Of a stretch of DNA of 64,000 nt, positions 9,414 to 18,452 are shown one piece after another. Numbering within the stretch: position 1 is the first letter of the stretch; each line of letters starts with the position of its first letter. The notes beneath the pieces are model-generated. The model saw only the letters and a program-made list of their open reading frames with translations, did no database searches and was not told the DNA's origin. Source of the DNA: Nitrospinaceae bacterium (GTDB lineage Bacteria > Nitrospinota > Nitrospinia > Nitrospinales > VA-1). The DNA is taken from the NCBI GenBank assembly GCA_046754465.1, contig JBHHVU010000001.1, forward strand, positions 95,449-159,448. The letters run 5' to 3'. A program made the position numbers and the translations under genes.

Positions 9414-9839
9414 TTATCCTTCCGGATCCGCACCTACCAAAAAACCTTCCAGATGCGCTCTTTTACTTGGATCCCCCCTCCTGTAAATTCTAATGACTCT
9501 TTCCACGAGTTCTTTCAGTTTCCGGTCCTCAGAAAGGTTGAGGAACTCTTGCGGAAAAGATGAATTCTCCCCATTGTCCAGATCGGTCCGGATCATTTCC
9601 CCGCGTCCGGTCAGAAGCCAGTAAAGATTGATATTCGAATAAGTACAAAGATTGGCCAACGTATTCGCGGAGGGAAGGGATTTATCATTTTCAAGGTCGG
9701 AAAGGGACCCTTGGGAAACACGGATCTTCTTGGACAAATCTACGAGTTTTAACAGGGAAGATTTACGCCAGCTCTTCAACCGCTTCCCCACGGTTGTCAC
9801 CGTAATTGTTTCTTGGGCACCATTATTATCATTTGTCAT
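9414..9839 (-). CDS. XRE-family helix-turn-helix transcriptional regulator
   Basis: GKRLKSWRK...LSKKIRVSQGSLSDLENDKSLPS...WLLTG; GAGGG RBS before the ATG at 9839. Confidence 0.88.
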   Translation of the reverse strand: MTNDNNGAQETITVTTVGKRLKSWRKSSLLKLVDLSKKIRVSQGSLSDLENDKSLPSANTLANLCTYSNINLYWLLTGRGEMIRTDLDNGENSSFPQEFLNLSEDRKLKELVERVIRIYRRGDPSKRAHLEGFLVGADPEG

Positions 9840-10178
9840 AACTTCCCTCATCGAAATGGACCGGAATCATTGTATTTCCCCCGATTGATCATTTATCCCT
9901 GGGAATCATTTCCCGAATGGACCCATCCAATATTCATTCATTTGATGGGGCCGGTATTTAGGATATGGGGGATGTATTGAGGAATTGTTAAGTAAAAGTT
10001 ACAGTTTGGTAACAATTCGCGATAGGCCCGGCCCGGAATGGGCGGAAATGGGGAATTAACGTAAAATTCGGCAAAACAATCCGGAATGGGGACGGAAGTT
10101 CCTTCCCGTAAGGAAGCGGATCCCGGAAAATCCGGGCCCGGAAAGAAACGGACGGGCAGGCAAGGGGAGAACCCGGAT

Positions 10179-10865
10179 TCAGGATCTATCCTGGAACCGA
10201 TACCCCACTCCACGGACCGTTTCGATATACTCCCCCGCATCCTTGAGCTTGGAGCGAAGCCGCTGAATATGAGTATCGATGGTCCGGGAAAACACCCCGT
10301 CACCGTATTCCCAGATTTGTTCGAGAAGAACGTCCCGAGGTTTGATCTTTCCCGGGCTTTCGATCAACCGGGCGAGAAGTTTAAACTCGGTGAGAGTCAA
10401 TTCCACCTCTTTATTCTTGACCTTGACGGCGTGGTTAGCCAGGTTCACCGAGAGACAGCCGAATTTAAAATTTTCCTTGGCCTCCGGGGCGGTGTACACC
10501 CGTTTTAAAACACTCTTGATGCGAAGAATCAGTTCCCGCGTATTGAAGGGTTTGGTGACATAATCATCAGCCCCGAATTCTAGTCCCAGAACCCGGTCGA
10601 TTTCATCGTCCCGGGCGGTCAACATGATTATGGGAATATTGACGGACCGGGTATCCGACCGCAGGGTTTTGCAAACATCCATCCCGCTCATGCCCGGCAT
10701 GTTGACGTCCAAGACGATCAAATCCGGAATTTTCGCCCGCACTTTCTTAATCGCCATTTCGCCATCCGACGCGGTTTGGATCTTAAACCCTTCCTTGCCG
10801 AGCTTCAATTCCAGGGCGGCTAACATATCCCTATCATCGTCCACCAGAAGAATGCTGTTTTTCAT
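10179..10865 (-). CDS. OmpR/PhoB-family response regulator (no adjacent sensor kinase)
   Basis: ILLVDDD, LDVNMPG, GADDYVTKPF, LTLTEFKLL, SRTIDTHIQRLRSKL, IETVRGVGY; AAGGA RBS before the ATG at 10865. Confidence 0.93.
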   Translation of the reverse strand: MKNSILLVDDDRDMLAALELKLGKEGFKIQTASDGEMAIKKVRAKIPDLIVLDVNMPGMSGMDVCKTLRSDTRSVNIPIIMLTARDDEIDRVLGLEFGADDYVTKPFNTRELILRIKSVLKRVYTAPEAKENFKFGCLSVNLANHAVKVKNKEVELTLTEFKLLARLIESPGKIKPRDVLLEQIWEYGDGVFSRTIDTHIQRLRSKLKDAGEYIETVRGVGYRFQDRS

Positions 10866-10885
10866 AAATTCCTTCCTTACAAAAA

Positions 10886-11488
10886 TTATTTTGAGTCCTC
10901 CATTGGACCCAATCCGGTCTGTCCTTTCAACCGGTTCCATTCAAGGGAATGCAGGTCATATACAAATTGCCATTTTTCCCGATACTCCATCTCCTGTTCC
11001 CGATGTGCCAGGCTCACCTTCCGGAGGGGATCGAGATATTTTCCCCACCTGGACAACATCCGCAACCGTTGCCCGTCCGGGATCTTCCGGGAACCGAGGA
11101 TATTGTCCTCGATATCGCACAACTTGATTTTTTTCGATTCCAAGGACCAAAGGGGAATGGACTCCCCGTACTTGTCACTAGAAAGATTCCAGGGTTTGGT
11201 CAGTTCCCAAACGTACCGCTGCACCGTTTTTCCGAAGTACCGGCCCAGTTCCCCGCACTCCAGGGACGTGTCCTCCACGAGATCATGACACAGGGAAGCC
11301 ACCGCCCCTTCAAGGGTCTTGAAACGGAAAGCGAGATAACACTTGCAAACCCGGCGCGGGTGATGGAAAAACGCTTCCCCGCCCGGCCCTTTCCGCACTT
11401 GTCCGGCATGAAATTTCCTGGCCAGGCGCAGAGCCGCTTTCAATGGCCCGAGGGTCCCGCTATTGGAAAAACCCGCGTTTGGATTCAA
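10886..11488 (-). CDS. Stand-alone RelA/SpoT-type HD domain protein (small alarmone hydrolase/Mesh1-like)
   Basis: FHAGQVRKG...FFHHPRRV, LCHDLVEDT, VWELTK, IKLCDIEDN. Confidence 0.78.
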   Translation of the reverse strand: MNPNAGFSNSGTLGPLKAALRLARKFHAGQVRKGPGGEAFFHHPRRVCKCYLAFRFKTLEGAVASLCHDLVEDTSLECGELGRYFGKTVQRYVWELTKPWNLSSDKYGESIPLWSLESKKIKLCDIEDNILGSRKIPDGQRLRMLSRWGKYLDPLRKVSLAHREQEMEYREKWQFVYDLHSLEWNRLKGQTGLGPMEDSK

Positions 11489-12135
11489 AACAGGTCCTCC
11501 TCATGGAAAAATTCCAGGCAATCCGCGACGATCCAATCCAGGTGGGAAATCAGGTCATGCGGAGCATCCAGCTCTTTCAACCGGCACCAGGGATGGTCCT
11601 GGGCGAATTTTCGGGACTCGGCGATGTCTACCGTCTCGTCCCTCAGTCCGTGAACCACCCGGGTGGGAAGTTCCCGGTTCAGGGAAAGTTTTTCCCAACG
11701 TTCCGCATCCTGGAAAATACCGGCATCCAGTTCCATCGTCCGATTGTAGCGATAATGGAACACCCGGATCACGGAGGGCACCGCCCGGGGATCCGACGGA
11801 TCGGAAGAAAGACGTTCCCTCCACCTCTTAAGAAAATTGAATCCCGGCGCCATCAGATACATCGCCGCCACATCAGTCCGGAATTGAGCGGTCAGGGCCG
11901 CCACATACCCACCCATGCTGCTGCCGATCAAACCAAATCTCTGTCCGGGATATCGATCCATGCAATCGGTGACCCCCTTGATTTGAGTGGACAACGTCAT
12001 TTGTCTAAAATCCTCCCCCTGCAAATCGGGAATGGTCAAAGGCGCCGGGATTTGATCGAATCTTTTTTTGAACACCGAAGCCTTTTTGGAACCGGGGCCG
12101 GAAGCAAAACCGTGCAGATAAATGAATTGCGTCAC
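11485..12135 (-). CDS. YqiA/YcfP-family alpha/beta hydrolase (esterase)
   Basis: YLHGFASGPGSKK, GSSMGG nucleophile elbow, HGLRDETV, H in APHDL; GTG start at 12135 (alternative 12159). Confidence 0.88.
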   Translation of the reverse strand: MTQFIYLHGFASGPGSKKASVFKKRFDQIPAPLTIPDLQGEDFRQMTLSTQIKGVTDCMDRYPGQRFGLIGSSMGGYVAALTAQFRTDVAAMYLMAPGFNFLKRWRERLSSDPSDPRAVPSVIRVFHYRYNRTMELDAGIFQDAERWEKLSLNRELPTRVVHGLRDETVDIAESRKFAQDHPWCRLKELDAPHDLISHLDWIVADCLEFFHEEDLF

Positions 12136-12191
12136 GGTGAATCCCCTTTCCAGGGTCAAGGTAAAGAGTTTTTCTTCGTCCAGGGGGCACG

Positions 12192-13463
12192 CTATTCCCC
12201 GGCTGCCACATTTCGATCATTGTGTTCCAACCCCAGAACCGTCCCCCGCATCCCCCGCAGGAGCACCAACCCGGGCAACGCGGCGAGGAAAGTAATAAAA
12301 AAGAAAAAAGGCCAGCCCAGCTGATCGGCGAGGAATCCGGAAGGCGGACCCACAAAAACCCGCCCCAGGGAAGCCAGGGCCGACAACAAGGCAAACTGGG
12401 TGGCGGTGAACCGATGATCGCAAAGGGCCATCAAAAAAGCGACGAACGAGGCGGTTCCCATTCCCCCAGCCAGATTTTCGAAAGCCACCGCAAAAACCAT
12501 CATGGCATAACTCTTGCCGGCATAAGCCAGGGCCATGAAAGAAAGGTTCGACACCGCCTGGAGAATTCCAAACAACATCAGGGCGCGGTACATTTTGAGC
12601 CGGGCCATCAACACACCCCCAAACAGGGCTCCGAGAATGGTGGCGAAAAGTCCCATGCCCTTATTGATCGCACCCACCTCTCCAACGGAAAATTCCGCTC
12701 CCCGGATCAAAAATGCGGTGGTTAAACTCCCCGCAAACGCGTCTCCCAATTTGTAAAGAACGATTAGGGCCAGAAAAGCCCAGGCGCCGTCCCGGGAAAA
12801 AAATTCTTTCAGGGGACCTCCCACGGCTTCCGCGAGAGTTCCCGGCGGCGTCACCTGCTCTTCCGGTTCCGGTCCGGCCAGGGTGGCCATCACACCGATA
12901 GTCATCAACCCCGCCATAAGGAGATAGGTGCTTCTCCAGCCCAAAACCTCCGACAATATCAGGGCGAGAGCGCCCGAAACCAGCATGGCGATGCGGTACC
13001 CGGTCACATACACCGCCGCGCCCAAGCCCCGCTCGCGCTCCCGCAGCACATCGGTCCGATACGCGTCAACGACAATATCCTGGGAGGCCGAGGTAAAAGC
13101 GATCCCAAACGCCAGAGCGGCCACGGCCCAGGGAGCAAACCTCGGGGAAAAGCTGCTCATTCCCACAATGAGCGCCATCAACACAAACTGTGTGAAAAGA
13201 ATCCAACCGCGCCGCCGCCCCAATATCGGGAGAACGAAACGATCCAGCAATGGCGACCAGAGAAATTTAATCGTATACGGGATTCCCACCAGCGTGAAAA
13301 TGCCGATGGTGCCCAGATCCACCCCCTCCACCGTCATCCAGGCCTGCAAGGTTCCCCCCGTCAAGGCCAACGGCAATCCGGAGGAAAAACCCAGCACCCA
13401 TATGGTCCCAATGCGAAGATTGGCGAGGGACTTGAGAGTGGTAATAATCGCTTCACGGCTCAC
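12192..13463 (-). CDS. ampG: AmpG-family muropeptide MFS permease
   Basis: LGFSSGLP, KFLWSPLLD, GRRRGW, SASQDIVVDAYR, ATQFALLSAL. Confidence 0.95.
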   Translation of the reverse strand: MSREAIITTLKSLANLRIGTIWVLGFSSGLPLALTGGTLQAWMTVEGVDLGTIGIFTLVGIPYTIKFLWSPLLDRFVLPILGRRRGWILFTQFVLMALIVGMSSFSPRFAPWAVAALAFGIAFTSASQDIVVDAYRTDVLRERERGLGAAVYVTGYRIAMLVSGALALILSEVLGWRSTYLLMAGLMTIGVMATLAGPEPEEQVTPPGTLAEAVGGPLKEFFSRDGAWAFLALIVLYKLGDAFAGSLTTAFLIRGAEFSVGEVGAINKGMGLFATILGALFGGVLMARLKMYRALMLFGILQAVSNLSFMALAYAGKSYAMMVFAVAFENLAGGMGTASFVAFLMALCDHRFTATQFALLSALASLGRVFVGPPSGFLADQLGWPFFFFITFLAALPGLVLLRGMRGTVLGLEHNDRNVAAGE

Positions 13464-13646
13464 AGGTTCAGAATAACAAAAATTCCTTTATTTTCAATAC
13501 CTTAAATATATAACCCCGAGATTTTTCCGGCTTTGGCCGGGTGGCCTCCCACGCGTTGGGATAAGATAACCTATTGTATTTCTGAGTATTAATTTGATCT
13601 TTTCCGCCGGTCCCGTGGGAAACAATGCGGCCAGGCCATTAGAACA

Positions 13647-13676
13647 TTGACAGAATGAGGTTAAGTCAAATAAAAT
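13647..13676 (+). promoter_or_regulatory. Putative sigma70-type promoter upstream of the motB-like gene
   Basis: TTGACA (13647-13652), 18-bp spacer, TAAAAT (13671-13676). Confidence 0.45.
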
Positions 13677-13782
13677 CAATAAGGAACACATTTCCCCTAT
13701 TTACGGAATAGATCCCTTCCCGAAGCTGGGCGGAAGTTTGCCTGCCCGGCTTTCTAGAAACGTGGAAGCCTGAATTCAAAAC

Positions 13783-15384
13783 ATGAAAAGTCCGGAATCG
13801 ATTCAGCAGGTTAAAGAGCAACTCAAATTAAAGGCGATCGAGTTGCGGAGAGCCCATTTGGAGAAAGAAAAATTCTCCAAAAAATTCGGTGATGTTATAT
13901 TTTCCAAGCAGAGCGAAATTAATAACCTGAAAGAAATTATCCAGAAGAAGGACGAAGAAATTCAAAAGCAAAAGGAGGTCGTTTGGGCGACGCGGATGGC
14001 GCAACATAAAGGACGGGACGGTAAGGGCGAAAAAAAGATAGAATCCAAAACCGTTTCCCAGGAAACTTCCACGCCCCAAGCAATAACGGAAGATCCGGAT
14101 TTTTTGAACCAGTTCAAAAAACTCAGAAAAAGATCGCGGCTGTTAAAAGAACAAATCCAGAGCGAAAAAAGGATCAACCGGCGACTCATGGAAGAAAGGG
14201 AGGAACTGGTCCGCGAATTGAAACGATTTCGGCACCAAACAGACATTTCCGAAAATTTAAAATCCCGAATTGAAAACCTGAAAGCCCAACTCAATCAGGC
14301 CAAGGCGACTTCCATGATTTCCGGCGAAGCCACTCAGAATCTTATTCTGGAAAAAAACGCCCTGATAAGAAAATACGAAATTATGCTTTATGGCGATATG
14401 CCGCCCGGCCAAAGGGAGACGGCGCCGACGGGAATTATCCAGGAACTGAAAAATGAGGTGGAAGAACTTCAAACGGAAAAAAACAACGTCCTCCTTGAGA
14501 TGGAAACTCTCAAGGAGGATAACTTCGAATTGGAATCGAAGATTCATCTGATGGAGGAACAAAAGGAATCCCCGGAACCCAGCGAATACTGGTCCAACGC
14601 GCAAAGCCGGGGGGCCGTGGCCGCGGAATTTTCCACGGGACTGGAAAATTTCCTGCTCACCTATTCCGACATGATCACCCTGCTCCTGGTCATTTTTGTT
14701 CTGATTTACTCCGCGTCTAAAGTCGATGAGGAGAAATTCGCGGAAGCTTTATCCTCCTTCCAAGAAAAAGAATTTCAGGTGAATAATTTCAATGTCCGTT
14801 TGAACAAAAATGAAATGAATATGTTAAAACGCGTCCGTGAACTGGTGAAGGACAATGTGGACCCTGAAAGCTTGGTCCGTGGCGATGTGCGAACCATTCT
14901 GATCCGTTTGAAATCCTCCGACATCTTCTTTCCCGGAGACGCGGCGTTGATTGACGGGGCCGACGCATTGATTCTGGACTCCATCCGTGAAGAAATGAAA
15001 GAAGGAGTCAAACAAGTTCTGGTGGATGGGCATACCGACGATGTTCCCATCCATAACAGTAAAAAATTTCCTTCCAACTGGGAACTTTCCTCCGCCCGGG
15101 CCTCGATGGTGGCAAGAGTCATCATTGACCAATTACGATTCCCTCCGGACCGTGTCGTGGTGACCGGTTACGGCCCCTACCGGCCCCTAAAACCCAACAA
15201 CAGTGATAAGAATCGTGCGTATAACCGACGGGTTGAAATCAAGATCCTCAAAGACAAAAAGGTGGCGGCGCAGGAAGAAAACGAAAAAAAGAAAACCCAA
15301 ACCAATTCAAAAAACGCCAAAGTGAACGCGGTCCCCGCTCCCCCCATCCCGGCCGCCAAGGAAATTCCAACTCAAAATCCTTAA
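13783..15384 (+). CDS. MotB/PomB-like stator subunit with a long N-terminal coiled coil and C-terminal OmpA-like peptidoglycan-binding domain
   Basis: TM motif FLLTYSDMITLLLVIFVLIYS (Asp296), plug-like DEEKFAEALSSF, GHTDDVPI, SNWELSSARA, GYG..RP, NRRVEI; residues 1-265 are heptad-like and rich in E/K/Q/L. Confidence 0.88.
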   Translation: MKSPESIQQVKEQLKLKAIELRRAHLEKEKFSKKFGDVIFSKQSEINNLKEIIQKKDEEIQKQKEVVWATRMAQHKGRDGKGEKKIESKTVSQETSTPQAITEDPDFLNQFKKLRKRSRLLKEQIQSEKRINRRLMEEREELVRELKRFRHQTDISENLKSRIENLKAQLNQAKATSMISGEATQNLILEKNALIRKYEIMLYGDMPPGQRETAPTGIIQELKNEVEELQTEKNNVLLEMETLKEDNFELESKIHLMEEQKESPEPSEYWSNAQSRGAVAAEFSTGLENFLLTYSDMITLLLVIFVLIYSASKVDEEKFAEALSSFQEKEFQVNNFNVRLNKNEMNMLKRVRELVKDNVDPESLVRGDVRTILIRLKSSDIFFPGDAALIDGADALILDSIREEMKEGVKQVLVDGHTDDVPIHNSKKFPSNWELSSARASMVARVIIDQLRFPPDRVVVTGYGPYRPLKPNNSDKNRAYNRRVEIKILKDKKVAAQEENEKKKTQTNSKNAKVNAVPAPPIPAAKEIPTQNP

Positions 15385-15530
15385 AAATCCGCCTCTAACA
15401 AACCGGGTTCAAGAATAGTTTTTCCTTTTACCGGGAATCCATTTATAATATTGAAATACATACATTTATGGTCCCTTGAGGTCACTGGGCCGCACCCCGG
15501 CGCCCTCATTTTTTTCAAAGAAAATTGTTG

Positions 15531-17609
15531 ATGGCAAGAGAATCAGGGTCGGATTCAAAGTTCCTTTTTGCGAATCGTCAGAGCTTTCTCCGGTTCAATC
15601 AATTCAAAATCAACCGAACCGTGAAAACTCTTTCAAAGGTGGGCCGCCAGATTTTTTTCACGATCCCGCGGCTTCTTCACACCAACCAGGAGGGCCTTCC
15701 GGGCTATTTTGACGAAAGAGTTCCTTCCGGCATCCTGAACTTTACCATCCACCCGGAATGCCAGATCCACAGCGAAAATTTGTTTCCGCGCATCATTATT
15801 CGCCGAAATGAAAATCTGGATCCGGTCATCCATTCGATCCTGCTGATGGGCAGCGTGGGTTCCATCGCTCAAACCCAAAAGTCCGACCTGGATTATACGT
15901 TGCTGGTCGACAAGTCCAAGTTTACCGCAGAGAGTCTCCAACTCTTCAAAACCAAGCTGAAATTGATTGAAGAATGGACCTGGAAGGAACACCATTTGGA
16001 AACTCACTTTTTCATCAACGATTATCATGAAGTCAAAAACAATATTTTTGGAGAGAGCGATAGTGAAAGCACCGGTTCGGCGCTGGCAAAACTTCTGAAA
16101 GAGGAAATGTACCGCACCATGATTTTGCTCACGGGAAAAATTCCCTTTTGGTGGGTCGTTCCCGTGGCAACCAACGACGAAAAATATGAAGGGCTGCTCG
16201 ATCAGGTCAATTCTGGCCACACGGTTTTAAACCGGGAGGAGTTCATCGATATCGGAAACGTGGAAAATATTTCCGACGGGGAATTCTTTGGCGGGTCCAT
16301 CTGGACATTGATCAAATCCTTCCAGTCCCCTTTCAAGACATTAATGAAAATGGGGCTGCTCGAAGATTATATGTTCAACAAAACCCAATCCAATCTCCTG
16401 TGCCACGAAATCAAGAGGAAAGTATTCTCCAACATCCCCCATCCGGATATCGACCCATATATTTTGCTGTTCGAACGGGTGCAAAATTTTTTCAACGAGA
16501 GAAAAACCAATAACGAAGTGGACGCGTTGCGGACGGCTTTCTATCTCAAAGTGGGCACCCTGGTCAGAAGCGAGGAATATGAGCGTGGAACCCGGGATCC
16601 CAAAAAATCCGTCATCATAAAAATGCTTAAAAAATGGGGATGGACCCCATCCAAGCTGCTGAATATCAATAATTATAGCCATTGGCAAATGATGCAAAAA
16701 GTGGCCTTGGGAAACCGGATCAACAAGATCCTCATGAATTCCTACAAGATCATCTCGGAAAAAAGCAAGACGCTGAATTCCCATGAAAGCCTGATCAGTG
16801 AAAAGGATACTCATCTGTTGGGCCGCAAATTATTCAGTTTCTACCGGAAAACCCCCAACAAAGTGGAAAATCTCTTTTCCCTGATCGATGGAAATACCGC
16901 GGAGAAAGAATTGACCTTTCTTTGCGAGCACGACGAAACCCAAAACAAAGACACGTGGTACCTGATCCGTGGAAGGAATTTTTTCTATATCGAGCAGGTG
17001 AATCCTGAAAATATCATCAAGAAGGCCAACACCCTTCCCTTTCTGATAGCCTTCACGTCATTCAACGGGTTGTTTAAAAGTTCGACCCAACTGTTGATCC
17101 GCGCTCCGGGTCAATCGATCAAGGAAACCGATATTCGGATATTGCTCAGTCAGCTGGCGGCCTTCATCGCCCAGATCAACATCGCCGCCATTGCCAACGA
17201 GGACCTCCTTTCGAAAGTCCGTATCAACAAGCTTTATATGATCATCGATTTCGGAAACCCTCTTCCCAGGGAAATTCTGATGGAGGACATCAAGGACTGC
17301 AAAAGCGGCCAGCAGTTGACGCAGTTCATCAACAAACGGATCGAAAGAATCAAGAACATCACCGCCATCTATTTAACATCGTGGGGAGAGCTTTTTTGTA
17401 AAACGTATAGGGGGTGGAATTGCCTCGATCATTGCATGGACGAATTGAGCCCCCATATTCCTCCGGTGAATATGGAGGACCGGAATTTTCTTCGAGTCTA
17501 CATTCCCACCGGCCAAAAGGAAATCCTGCAAATCCCCTGGTTAAACAATTATCTGTTCCGTTCAATGAAACTCAAAAGAACAGCGGTTGTGGAACAAGCC
17601 GCGAATTGA
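15531..17609 (+). CDS. Class I (CyaA-type) adenylate cyclase
   Basis: IPRLLHTN..LPGY..VPSGI, MGSVGSIAQTQKSDLD (nucleotidyltransferase GS...DxD), GSA..KLLKEEMYRT, GKIPFWW, DIGNV, EFFGGSIW..KS..SPFK..K, IDPY, LRTAFYLK, LGRKL, TSWGE. Confidence 0.87.
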   Translation: MARESGSDSKFLFANRQSFLRFNQFKINRTVKTLSKVGRQIFFTIPRLLHTNQEGLPGYFDERVPSGILNFTIHPECQIHSENLFPRIIIRRNENLDPVIHSILLMGSVGSIAQTQKSDLDYTLLVDKSKFTAESLQLFKTKLKLIEEWTWKEHHLETHFFINDYHEVKNNIFGESDSESTGSALAKLLKEEMYRTMILLTGKIPFWWVVPVATNDEKYEGLLDQVNSGHTVLNREEFIDIGNVENISDGEFFGGSIWTLIKSFQSPFKTLMKMGLLEDYMFNKTQSNLLCHEIKRKVFSNIPHPDIDPYILLFERVQNFFNERKTNNEVDALRTAFYLKVGTLVRSEEYERGTRDPKKSVIIKMLKKWGWTPSKLLNINNYSHWQMMQKVALGNRINKILMNSYKIISEKSKTLNSHESLISEKDTHLLGRKLFSFYRKTPNKVENLFSLIDGNTAEKELTFLCEHDETQNKDTWYLIRGRNFFYIEQVNPENIIKKANTLPFLIAFTSFNGLFKSSTQLLIRAPGQSIKETDIRILLSQLAAFIAQINIAAIANEDLLSKVRINKLYMIIDFGNPLPREILMEDIKDCKSGQQLTQFINKRIERIKNITAIYLTSWGELFCKTYRGWNCLDHCMDELSPHIPPVNMEDRNFLRVYIPTGQKEILQIPWLNNYLFRSMKLKRTAVVEQAAN

Positions 17610-17690
17610 ACCTGAATTATGGCAAGTATCGCTAAACGAGCGGAATCCTTTACCGATTTCTCCCAAGGGGGAATCCGGGAGGACTCCGGA

Positions 17691-18443
17691 ATGGATATCG
17701 GAACCTTCCTGGGAATCCTGGGCGGAGTGGGTTTGATCGTCCTCGCCATACTCCGGGGGGGCGATCCCGCGGTTTTCGCCAACCTGAACGGCGCCCTGAT
17801 TGTTCTGGGAGGAACGATCGCAACCACCTTCATTGCGTTCCCCTCCCAAAAAGTGGCGATGATGTTTCCCGTCATCATCAAGGCATTCAAACCCCATTCC
17901 TTTCAACCGGCGGATTATATCGATGATATCGTATCGCTCGCCATCAAATACCGCGCCGGCGGATTGAAACAACTGGAAAAACTGCAAGACCTGGTGGAAA
18001 ACCGGTTTTTGAAAAACGGGGTCTCGATGGTGGTGGATGGTTACAGCTCCCGGGAGATCCACGAAAACCTGGAAAGGGAAATTATTTCCATGATCGAGCG
18101 GCATAACGCGGGCCAAAAAATATTGCGGTTCATGGGGGTCCAGGCGCCGGTGTTCGGTATGGCCGGCACCTTGATCGGGTTGATCCAGATGCTCATGCAT
18201 ATCGACGACCCCACCTCCATCGGCCCTTCCCTTGCCACCGCCTTGATCACCACGTTTTACGGACTGATTCTGGCCAACCTCGCCATCACCCCCATTGTCG
18301 CCAAATTGCATACCAAGACGGAACACGAAGCGATGTTGAATAAAGCCTTGAGGGTGGGCATCCTGGGAATTCACGATCGGATGAACCCACAAAAAATCCG
18401 GAGGAACATGAACTCCCTGTTTCCTCCCCACTTGCAAAGATAA
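17691..18443 (+). CDS. MotA/PomA-like stator subunit
   Basis: MDIGTFLG, ALIVLGGT, FLKNGVSMVVDG, APVFGMAGTLIGLIQML, GPSLATALITTFYG; GGAGGA RBS before the ATG at 17691. Confidence 0.92.
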   Translation: MDIGTFLGILGGVGLIVLAILRGGDPAVFANLNGALIVLGGTIATTFIAFPSQKVAMMFPVIIKAFKPHSFQPADYIDDIVSLAIKYRAGGLKQLEKLQDLVENRFLKNGVSMVVDGYSSREIHENLEREIISMIERHNAGQKILRFMGVQAPVFGMAGTLIGLIQMLMHIDDPTSIGPSLATALITTFYGLILANLAITPIVAKLHTKTEHEAMLNKALRVGILGIHDRMNPQKIRRNMNSLFPPHLQR

Positions 18444-18452
18444 AACGGAACG

